Source: a virus (taxonomy: Duplodnaviria; Caudoviricetes). Taken from it: a stretch of 34,126 nucleotides of DNA. Positions 7,688 to 14,718 of this stretch are shown piece after piece; position 1 is the first letter of the stretch; each line of letters starts with the position of its first letter. The DNA lies in the IMG/VR virus record IMGVR_UViG_3300047565_000055, positions 1-34,126 of that record. One strand, written 5' to 3'. The notes beneath the pieces were generated by a model. The model worked only from the letters and a program-made list of their open reading frames with translations, did not search any database and was not told the DNA's origin. Made by a program: the position numbers and the translations under genes.

Positions 7688-8718
7688 ACTTCGACCATTT
7701 CAATTCCAGGAATCACGTTACCCGTTTCATTGATATGTTTCGCCAGGGCCTCCGCCATCTGACCGATCGTTAATTTCTGCCATGACTTAACCCGGACAAA
7801 CTTGTTACAGTATGGCCACAATCTGACAAAGTTTGAAACGATAGTTTTTGCCCATTGTTCCGATTCCTCCGCCACGACCTTCATTTCTTTTTTGACCTTT
7901 GGAGTTTCCACGATCAACGTTTCGGCCTCTGCGATCAAAGCATTGGTTGAGGTTTCCAAATCCAGATCCATCTGCATTGCCATTTCAGCAAGTTGTTTGT
8001 GTTTCTCGATGGATTCGATCGCCACGGCTGCATTCGCCAGATCATTTGCGTACGTTGACCATATCGCGTGAATGTTTCTTTTCGCAGTTTTCAAATCGTC
8101 CGCCGGATTGTATTTCTCGATGGAATCGAAAATTTCTTTCGCGTGTCCATCCTTTACATGCTTACGTTCAAACCTCTGAAACTCTGGCAATTTCCATCCG
8201 TCCAAAATCGATTCCATGTCTGCGATCATGCCCGGTATAAATTCAACGGGTTGCTTACTTTTTAGGCAATTTTGGTAAGATTCCAAGGTTATATTTTCCA
8301 ACTCGAAACGGTATTGCGACGCGATCCGAAACCACTCATTAACGATGTGCGCCTTCAATGCCGCCGCCTCGTTAGCAATCAACTGTTGCGACTGTGCAAC
8401 CTCTGCGGCTGCTTTGCGCATCTCCAACTCGATGGCTGCCCCTGCGTCAATATTTGCCGCCATGCGCTTTTCAAAATCCATCGTTGGCGTTATCAACTTT
8501 TCGTCAATCATTCTGGTGAACTCCAGGCGTTTCGCCTTTGCGTCCGCCATCGTCTGTTTTGCGGACTTCAAATTGTGTTGAACAACATCGAGAGGATTAC
8601 CCTCGATGCCGTTGATATAATCCTGCACGGCTAATTCAGCGCGCTGCAATTCGTCAAATAACGCGGTTTTTATGTCCGCTAACTTTACCCATCCAGACTG
8701 TATTGGTGTTAAGTTCAT
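7678..8718 (-). CDS. Coiled-coil protein of recombination module (DUF1351-like position)
   Basis: Long helical 346-aa ORF between SSAP and exonuclease. Confidence 0.6.
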   Translation of the reverse strand: MNLTPIQSGWVKLADIKTALFDELQRAELAVQDYINGIEGNPLDVVQHNLKSAKQTMADAKAKRLEFTRMIDEKLITPTMDFEKRMAANIDAGAAIELEMRKAAAEVAQSQQLIANEAAALKAHIVNEWFRIASQYRFELENITLESYQNCLKSKQPVEFIPGMIADMESILDGWKLPEFQRFERKHVKDGHAKEIFDSIEKYNPADDLKTAKRNIHAIWSTYANDLANAAVAIESIEKHKQLAEMAMQMDLDLETSTNALIAEAETLIVETPKVKKEMKVVAEESEQWAKTIVSNFVRLWPYCNKFVRVKSWQKLTIGQMAEALAKHINETGNVIPGIEMVEVCK

Positions 8719-9431
8719 AAAATAAAGTTTTGGATGTTTTTAGATTCCCTGGCAACATCAAGTTGCAGGCGTTGCCCCTCTGACAATTCAACGTTCTCGA
8801 CGGCCCATTCATACAACGTCAATTCAGAACCCGTCGCCATCTGTCCGGCCTCGATGCCTGCGCAAAGTTTGTCGAACTGTTCCGGCGTTAATACGCGCCT
8901 TGACTGCGTCGGGGCCTCGACAACCTCTGCCGTTGTTTCCTCTGTTACGGCCTCCATTTCCTCTGGGACATAAACGGGGTTTTCGTAAATGTCTGGCGTA
9001 TACCATTTGACGCCGTTGGACATGGCGCGCGCGAATAGCATGTTTTTTGGGAACTTGTCAAGGTTCTTTGTTCCTGCTTTCCTGGCGTCCTCGATCGTAA
9101 AAGTTGAAACGCCCAACGACATGATTTCATTACCTGGCAACTTCGCGCCGAATTCAATCGAGCAAATTTTGTCTGTGTGTTCCAATACTTTGTAATCGTA
9201 CTTCCCGAACCCCTTAACCCTGGCGGCCATCAAGCCGGCCCCGATTGTAGGTTTTCCCTGGATAATGTGAATTCCAGACATCGCAGCAAATGGACTGATT
9301 CCCATTTCTGCGCCTGCCATGATCTTAACAACGGCTTGTTGCGCCGACTTGATGTCGGAAAACATGCCCGACTTGAAAAATGTTTCTCCGATACTTAACG
9401 CGTCGGCTGCGCTTTTGACAATTTGATTCAT
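8715..9431 (-). CDS. Single-strand annealing protein (RecT/Red-beta-like recombinase)
   Basis: KIMAGAEMGISPFAAMSGIHIIQGKPTI...FPKNMLFARAMSNGVKWYTPD..PVYVPEEM. Confidence 0.75.
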   Translation of the reverse strand: MNQIVKSAADALSIGETFFKSGMFSDIKSAQQAVVKIMAGAEMGISPFAAMSGIHIIQGKPTIGAGLMAARVKGFGKYDYKVLEHTDKICSIEFGAKLPGNEIMSLGVSTFTIEDARKAGTKNLDKFPKNMLFARAMSNGVKWYTPDIYENPVYVPEEMEAVTEETTAEVVEAPTQSRRVLTPEQFDKLCAGIEAGQMATGSELTLYEWAVENVELSEGQRLQLDVARESKNIQNFIL

Positions 9432-9444
9432 GTTGTGGGTTTAT

Positions 9445-9750
9445 TTAAAGTGATGGAATAATAAGCGTTTTCACGGCTTTCGTTAACGATCCGTACTTTT
9501 TGACGATGGCCGCTTTGTCTGCGTCTTTTAGGTACGCGCTTACTAACTTTGCCCGTTGATCCGCCGGGATTTTCTTTCTGCCTGGTTTTAACTTCTCCAT
9601 TGTATTTGGTTTTTGTTTAAAAAATTCTGGTGTTAACTCTGGAATAAAATTCCCGTATCTTTCTAACTGCCATCGTTCGTATGGCGTTACCGGCAAAATT
9701 GATCCTGGATCTGTCCGACGATCCACAAAAGTATTAAGATAATTCCCCAT
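9445..9750 (-). CDS. Hypothetical protein; C-terminal part (from M at 9600) is ribbon-helix-helix-like; start uncertain
   Basis: KPGRKKIPADQRAKLVSAYLKDADKAAIVKKYGSLTKAVK; strong A-rich leader before the internal ATG. Confidence 0.5.
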   Translation of the reverse strand: MGNYLNTFVDRRTDPGSILPVTPYERWQLERYGNFIPELTPEFFKQKPNTMEKLKPGRKKIPADQRAKLVSAYLKDADKAAIVKKYGSLTKAVKTLIIPSL

Positions 9751-9773
9751 GTGATTACTGTTTTAGATTTCAT
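9687..9773 (-). CDS. 28-aa membrane peptide (not in ORF track)
   Basis: MKSKTVITWGIILILLWIVGQIQDQFCR, poly-A leader. Confidence 0.55.
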   Translation of the reverse strand: MKSKTVITWGIILILLWIVGQIQDQFCR

Positions 9774-9815
9774 TTTTTTTGAATTGTGATTTCAGAACAT
9801 GATTCAGAAATCGGA

Positions 9816-10166
9816 TTATTTGATACATTTTGAGTTGTACATTTCAGCGCAGGCATCGCAAACGATCAACGTTTCGAGAGGATAAACCAGGCCGTAAGTT
9901 TCGCCACATTTGCACGTTGTCGCCTTTTTTATAAGTACCGGTTCGATCTCTGCGATAAAATCCGCCTCCCATTTTCTGATAAAACGTTCTGGCTTGATTT
10001 TACTTTTTGAATTATAAAAATCTGCGCAGGCATCACAGACGACATACTCTTCGTTGTCCGTTACCAGGATGTAAGTTTCGCCGCAATCGCATTTTGTTGG
10101 CTTCGATTCGACGATTTCAATACCTGCGATGAACTCCGCCACGTATGTTGAAATAAACTTTTGCAT
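9816..10166 (-). CDS. Tandem-duplicated zinc-ribbon-like protein
   Basis: Two copies of CxCGETY-x11-VCDACA. Confidence 0.7.
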   Translation of the reverse strand: MQKFISTYVAEFIAGIEIVESKPTKCDCGETYILVTDNEEYVVCDACADFYNSKSKIKPERFIRKWEADFIAEIEPVLIKKATTCKCGETYGLVYPLETLIVCDACAEMYNSKCIK

Positions 10167-10187
10167 TTGATTCTACTTTGAGGGTTG

Positions 10188-10211
10188 AAAATGGGGCCGG
10201 ATGGCCGGCCC
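10188..10211 (-). terminator. Hairpin terminator after first leftward early gene
   Basis: GGGCCGG-CCAT-CCGGCCC then CATTTT. Confidence 0.55.
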
Positions 10212-10219
10212 TGGTTGGT

Positions 10220-10513
10220 TTAAAATGATGTGTAAAGGCCGGTTACTGATTCGAAAATGTTGGTCAACTGATCACAGTAAACGCCAGAAAACTCTGCCTT
10301 TTGTTTAATGTCAATTCCGCGAACAGAAAAGAAATTCATTTCGTAAAGGTCAGAACCATTCAATTCAATTTTCAAATACTGCGCACCAGATGCGTTACGG
10401 GACAATTTCATCAACAGTCCGCCATTTTTTGTGGTTACGAAATTCTTTGATCCGGTCATTACGATAAAACGCTTTCCACCTAACTGATTTAAAATTGTTG
10501 TTGCGATTTCCAT
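10220..10513 (-). CDS. Conserved phage early hypothetical protein
   Basis: MEIATTILNQLGGKRFIVMTGSKNF...GVYCDQLTNIFESVTGLYTSF; directly behind a host-type promoter. Confidence 0.75.
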   Translation of the reverse strand: MEIATTILNQLGGKRFIVMTGSKNFVTTKNGGLLMKLSRNASGAQYLKIELNGSDLYEMNFFSVRGIDIKQKAEFSGVYCDQLTNIFESVTGLYTSF

Positions 10514-10529
10514 GTGTGTTGTTGTTTGA

Positions 10530-10620
10530 GATTCAAAGATAGTATAAAAAACAATATCCAAAACATTTTATAAAATATTTTTTATTTTTTTTATTGGAAA
10601 TAAATTCCCTATATTTGTTA
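10530..10620. promoter_or_regulatory. Divergent Bacteroidota-type early promoters
   Basis: TATCTTTG on - strand (10534-10541) and TATATTTG on + strand (10610-10617) match the TAnnTTTG -7 element; upstream TTG elements; AT-rich spacer. Confidence 0.75.
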
Positions 10621-10637
10621 CATATTAATTATTGCAC

Positions 10638-10754
10638 ATGGCTAAAATCGTCGCAATCTGGATCCGGTGCCGCCTATGCCGTTCCATCTATACAATATCA
10701 ACACTAAAACAAACAACATGCCCCAAATGCCTATGCCTAAATGGCCCGAAATGA
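10638..10754 (+). CDS. 38-aa zinc-ribbon protein, Mu Com-like pattern (not in ORF track)
   Basis: MAKIVAIWIRCRLCRSIYTISTLKQTTCPKCLCLNGPK; first ORF after rightward promoter; ATGA overlap with next gene. Confidence 0.65.
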   Translation: MAKIVAIWIRCRLCRSIYTISTLKQTTCPKCLCLNGPK

Positions 10755-10918
10755 ACACAATTGAACGCCACAAACTAATTGGCGAACTGATCGACGCAAT
10801 GATCTATTCCGGCCAGGCCGTCGCCATCCTCAAAGACTGCGTCGAAGGATTCCGCGCAGCCGGTTACATTAAATCGGTAATTTTGCCCGACCATCAAACT
10901 ATTGAAAATGGTATCTAA
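10751..10918 (+). CDS. Hypothetical protein
   Basis: Start moved to MNTIERHK (ATGA coupling). Confidence 0.6.
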   Translation: MNTIERHKLIGELIDAMIYSGQAVAILKDCVEGFRAAGYIKSVILPDHQTIENGI

Positions 10919-11243
10919 TTTCATTACGTCAATCCACCACCTCCGCATTTGCTCCGAATACATGGACGACATCGTCCGCCAACATCCTGGCTCCAGGGCT
11001 GCGGCAATGTTCGAAGGTTATTCGAAAAAAATTAAATGGATCCTTCGCGACATTTATACCCATCCACATTTTACCGATCCGATCCGCGACGGGATCAAAA
11101 AGGAAATCGAATCCGATCCGCTGACCTATCGCGCCATCATGGAAAGGATTTCCCTACTCGCCCCAGAACAACGCGACATGTTGGAATTCGTGGTTAATGA
11201 CATGATCGACGGCAAACAAATTAAAATCCAGGTTGATGAATAA
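10908..11243 (+). CDS. Hypothetical protein
   Basis: Overlap-coupled helical ORF. Confidence 0.65.
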   Translation: MVSNFITSIHHLRICSEYMDDIVRQHPGSRAAAMFEGYSKKIKWILRDIYTHPHFTDPIRDGIKKEIESDPLTYRAIMERISLLAPEQRDMLEFVVNDMIDGKQIKIQVDE

Positions 11244-11325
11244 CAAACAATTTCAACACGGATTCATTACCGGCTTTCTGGCCGCCATGATCGCATTTCT
11301 CATAATCGGAATATTTGCTACATGA
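11236..11325 (+). CDS. 29-aa membrane peptide (not in ORF track)
   Basis: MNNKQFQHGFITGFLAAMIAFLIIGIFAT; overlaps on both sides. Confidence 0.55.
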   Translation: MNNKQFQHGFITGFLAAMIAFLIIGIFAT

Positions 11326-11444
11326 AAAAAAACTTTGAATTAATCGTGCAAGTTATTTTCTTTTTTGCCGTCGCCGTACCCGTCGCCATCTGTTTTTATC
11401 TGGCAAATGAAATAATGTTCACCTTCAAAAAATTCAACAAATGA
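11322..11444 (+). CDS. 40-aa membrane peptide (not in ORF track)
   Basis: MKKNFELIVQVIFFFAVAVPVAICFYLANEIMFTFKKFNK; ATGA overlaps at both ends. Confidence 0.6.
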   Translation: MKKNFELIVQVIFFFAVAVPVAICFYLANEIMFTFKKFNK

Positions 11445-11650
11445 ACACTACCAATTCAATATCTGAATACATAGACAAAAACCAAACGCGTAAAAATGTA
11501 CGTTGGCGGATCCATGGCGGCAAATGGTTCTTTGAACTTTTCCCCGGATTTTGGCAACATGAACAATCATTTGATTCATTTTTCCCAAAATATGAATTTG
11601 TCCGTTTCAACGACAAAGGATCCAACCCAGACAAAACTAAAATCGTATGA
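11441..11650 (+). CDS. Hypothetical protein (aromatic-rich)
   Basis: ATGA-coupled 69-aa ORF. Confidence 0.65.
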   Translation: MNTTNSISEYIDKNQTRKNVRWRIHGGKWFFELFPGFWQHEQSFDSFFPKYEFVRFNDKGSNPDKTKIV

Positions 11651-11859
11651 AAAAATACGCGATCAAATGCCGGACAATTTCCGGCAATACCTTGTATTTC
11701 TGCCACCAGATCGTTGCAGGCACAAAGCAAAACGTGTTCGTTCCTAACTTAAACCAGGCCTTGTTTTATACCGAAAAGCAAATCGACCAGGCCGAACTTG
11801 AATTACTTAAAAATGTTAAATATCATGACGTCAAATCCTATACAATTGAAATTCTGTAA
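11647..11859 (+). CDS. Hypothetical protein
   Basis: ATGA-coupled 70-aa ORF. Confidence 0.6.
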   Translation: MKKYAIKCRTISGNTLYFCHQIVAGTKQNVFVPNLNQALFYTEKQIDQAELELLKNVKYHDVKSYTIEIL

Positions 11860-12010
11860 ATACTGCAATGAAACGAAAAGCCGCGACGATTTCCCCTCTA
11901 ATCCAATGATGAACGATTTAAGGGAAAACAAATGTAAAAAATGCCGCGCCGAATATGACAAAATGAAACGCGCAAAACGCAAAGACGGAAATGTTATTTC
12001 ACATTTCTAA
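11825..12010 (+). CDS. Small CxxC..CxxC zinc-finger protein (start uncertain, 11825 or TTG 11846)
   Basis: KFCKYCNETKSRDDF...ENKCKKCRAEY. Confidence 0.6.
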   Translation: MTSNPIQLKFCKYCNETKSRDDFPSNPMMNDLRENKCKKCRAEYDKMKRAKRKDGNVISHF

Positions 12011-12492
12011 AACCGAACAAAGCCGTGTTCGTCAACCTTCCCGGATTTATGCAACGCCAACAATTCCCGGACAGACTTTCCAAAAGTTTTCTGAAAATGC
12101 GGCCCGTCAAAGAAACGCCAATCGCCGCCCCACTCCCAACCGTACTGTTTAAACACGTTGACGACTTCCATCCAATCGGATTTCCCGTCCTTGTCAAAAT
12201 CGGATTTCATATCCCAGGACGCCGATTTGCCGTCAATGATCAAAACGATGTCAATTGCCAGGCCGTAATTATGAAACGAAAAGCCGGATCTGGCGTTGGT
12301 TTTTATAGTCCCTGGCCTCGTCCTGCCCTCTGCATAAATTGCATCTTGTTCCGCAAACGTGCGCAGCGTATGACTAAACCGGCAAATTGCGCGGCCCTTT
12401 AACGCCTCGCAAATATCCGCGTAAAGTTCCCCGACCTCGTCGCGGACTTTCGGATGTAGCAATTTAATGCGTTCCAATGTCTTTGGATCCAT
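12007..12492 (-). CDS. Endolysin, M15 family L-Ala-D-Glu peptidase (CwlK/Ply500-like)
   Basis: LRTFAEQDAIYAEGRT, SFHNYGLAID, GWEWGGDWRFFDGPHFQ. Confidence 0.92.
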   Translation of the reverse strand: MDPKTLERIKLLHPKVRDEVGELYADICEALKGRAICRFSHTLRTFAEQDAIYAEGRTRPGTIKTNARSGFSFHNYGLAIDIVLIIDGKSASWDMKSDFDKDGKSDWMEVVNVFKQYGWEWGGDWRFFDGPHFQKTFGKSVRELLALHKSGKVDEHGFVRF

Positions 12493-12552
12493 TATCGTTT
12501 AAATCTATGTGTTACGTATACCTGGTTGATTTGATCCAACAAAAGGATCAAT

Positions 12553-12714
12553 TTACTCAACATTTGAATCTTTGGCAAAAAGGCCAATTAAAAGTGTTCC
12601 CAGGCCCGTGGCTACCTTTGCCCAATCTTTTGAGGCTACGCCTTCAACAATCAAAGGAAGGCCGGCAACGGCTCCGAAAAGGGATGTTTTAACGTTCTTA
12701 AAAATCGATTTCAT
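12553..12714 (-). CDS. Putative holin, 53 aa (not in ORF track)
   Basis: MKSIFKNVKTSLFGAVAGLPLIVEGVASKDWAKVATGLGTLLIGLFAKDSNVE; two hydrophobic segments, upstream of endolysin. Confidence 0.7.
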   Translation of the reverse strand: MKSIFKNVKTSLFGAVAGLPLIVEGVASKDWAKVATGLGTLLIGLFAKDSNVE

Positions 12715-12926
12715 AACTTCATTTTATTTTGAATGATTAACAATACTATTGATCCTAAAATCCCACCAATGAACCAGACAAATTTTTGAATCCCTTTTTT
12801 CCAACTTTCCAGGCCATCAACGCGGCCATTTGTCTTGGTTGTCTGGATCAAAATTTTGTCCAACTTCTCGTCAAATTTTTTATCTATCGCGTCAATCCTT
12901 TCCAGGATGAATTGGATTTGATCCAT
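12711..12926 (-). CDS. Lysis-cassette membrane protein (coiled coil + C-terminal TM; XhlA/holin-like)
   Basis: QTTKTNGRVDGLESWK then FVWFIGGILGSIVLLII. Confidence 0.65.
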   Translation of the reverse strand: MDQIQFILERIDAIDKKFDEKLDKILIQTTKTNGRVDGLESWKKGIQKFVWFIGGILGSIVLLIIQNKMKL

Positions 12927-13050
12927 CTTTGAGTTCGTTTTTTTGTAGTTGTTTTAAAATCTCATTGTTTAATTCCTTTAATTCTTTTTGCATAAATTCA
13001 ATTCTGGCGATTAAATCGTATGCCCTGGCTTTCATCTCGACCAATTCCAT
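12892..13050 (-). CDS. 52-aa coiled-coil protein (not in ORF track)
   Basis: MELVEMKARAYDLIARIEFMQKELKELNNEILKQLQK... Confidence 0.6.
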   Translation of the reverse strand: MELVEMKARAYDLIARIEFMQKELKELNNEILKQLQKNELKDGSNPIHPGKD

Positions 13051-13051
13051 G

Positions 13052-13261
13052 TTATTGTTTTATTGTTATGGGTTTAATTTCAAAACATGTATTGACATAT
13101 TCCTCAACATCAATTTCCGTTTCCGCCTCGGTTATAGTGGCAAATAAATGCGCATTGTTGAAATTGGGTGTCCACCGATCCGACAAAGGTTTCGAATGAT
13201 CCTCTGTGTAAAATAAATCATTCGTTGCGTCAAGGATCACGTATTTGGTAACTACTGCCAT
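13052..13261 (-). CDS. Hypothetical protein (possible fibre chaperone)
   Basis: 69-aa ORF directly after the tail fibre gene. Confidence 0.6.
   Translation of the reverse strand: MAVVTKYVILDATNDLFYTEDHSKPLSDRWTPNFNNAHLFATITEAETEIDVEEYVNTCFEIKPITIKQ
13136..13160 (-). promoter_or_regulatory. Putative late promoter CAACA-N12-TTGCCACT upstream of the lysis cassette
   Basis: Exact spacing match to three intergenic copies. Confidence 0.6.
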
Positions 13262-13262
13262 A

Positions 13263-14717
13263 TTAAATGTTTGATTCGAGATACATTCTGTTCAATGCCA
13301 AAAGTTTAGCCGTTGTTCCGGTAACGCTTTGGATATGCGCCTGCATGTAGAAAAATTCTGTGTTGCCCGGCAAGTTTGCAGTTTCCTGCGAATTTTTTAA
13401 AACGGCATTTGTTAGCGCGTTCCGTAATTCAAAATAAATTGTTGATCCATTAGGCTCGCAGTACATGTAAAAATCATAAATGGTTGTTGTGTTCGCTGCG
13501 ATCGTTGTGTCGATCCTGGTTGTTGTGGCGGTGTTGCGAATCATGAATTGTAAATTGGTGTCTGCACTATCCAAACCAATTCCCAACGTGTTGTTCAATG
13601 TCGAAGGTTGCGCGTTCAATGTTGCGTTGTTTGCACTCAATCCAACAAAAAGACGATGCGTTCCACTCCTGGCCTCCAGGGCAAACCTGGCAAAAAAGAA
13701 AAACCCACCCAGGCCGGCGGAACTTCCGCGCCATGCACTTGTTGACGATGCCTGGATTCCACTCGCGCCCGTTGCAGTTGTACCGGTTGAAAACGTCGCC
13801 CGGTTCATGGAGTTGATCGCAGACAAATTGTTTTTAATTGGGTGCGCCTGCGCTGCGTTCGTACCGTTGTTCCTGGCCGTATAAGATGTGCCCCAATTTA
13901 TCGCTAACGTTGTACCGGTACCGGCCAACCACATGAACGTTGTTGAATTAAATAAAGCCGGCTGAAAATCGAAATGATTTCCGGCTGAATCAACAGATCC
14001 AACCAGACGACGCGTCGCCATGCTATCTGTGAAAATCTTTGTACGTCCTGCGGCCGGTGTTGCAGGGAAACCGGCATCAACTAAAGTGAGATCGCCGCCA
14101 TCAATTTCAACGTTTGCCGCTCCTGCAAATGCCCCTGCGTTGTTGTATTGAACTTCTCCGGTTGTGCCACCTGGTGAACCGGATCCGGACGGCGTCTGCC
14201 ATGATCCATCCCCACGTAAAAAAGTTGTTGCGGATGGCGTACCCGTTGCAGATAATTTGGCAACAGTTACAACTGCGTTATCTATCGTCCACGTTGCACC
14301 GGATCCCGTTACAGTTATGTCGCCCTTGTCGCCATCCGTTACGCCACCAGATACCGTTGCCCATGACAATACAGATCCATCTGTTGTTAAATACTTTCCG
14401 TTGTTTCCCGTCTGCGTTGGAAACGCTGCCACCCATGTATACGCGTCGTCCCAATTTGATTGTTTTGTATTTAACGGGATCGAATACCCGGCGGCGTATG
14501 TCAACGCCAATGTTCCGGACGTTGTGATAGGATTTCCTGCTATTGCCAATCCCGTTGGGACAGACATATCAACAGACGTTACTCCAGAACCTCCACCGGC
14601 CCAGGTGCGATTCTGTGAGAGATCGTATGTTACGCCGCCAATGGTCAACGTCCTCGTTTCCGGGACTGCGTTATCAATACCGGCCGACGTTATATCTGTT
14701 AAATTTATTCCGGCCAT
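13263..14717 (-). CDS. Tail fibre protein
   Basis: G/T/S-rich fibre motifs ([58 protein letters not shown]) plus beta-rich C-terminal domain. Confidence 0.8.
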   Translation of the reverse strand: MAGINLTDITSAGIDNAVPETRTLTIGGVTYDLSQNRTWAGGGSGVTSVDMSVPTGLAIAGNPITTSGTLALTYAAGYSIPLNTKQSNWDDAYTWVAAFPTQTGNNGKYLTTDGSVLSWATVSGGVTDGDKGDITVTGSGATWTIDNAVVTVAKLSATGTPSATTFLRGDGSWQTPSGSGSPGGTTGEVQYNNAGAFAGAANVEIDGGDLTLVDAGFPATPAAGRTKIFTDSMATRRLVGSVDSAGNHFDFQPALFNSTTFMWLAGTGTTLAINWGTSYTARNNGTNAAQAHPIKNNLSAINSMNRATFSTGTTATGASGIQASSTSAWRGSSAGLGGFFFFARFALEARSGTHRLFVGLSANNATLNAQPSTLNNTLGIGLDSADTNLQFMIRNTATTTRIDTTIAANTTTIYDFYMYCEPNGSTIYFELRNALTNAVLKNSQETANLPGNTEFFYMQAHIQSVTGTTAKLLALNRMYLESNI

Positions 14718-14718
14718 T

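Noticed and set aside
10513-10638. Lambda-like CI/Cro lysogeny switch
   Set aside because: Promoters are divergent but neither flanking gene is an HTH repressor, and no integrase was recognised
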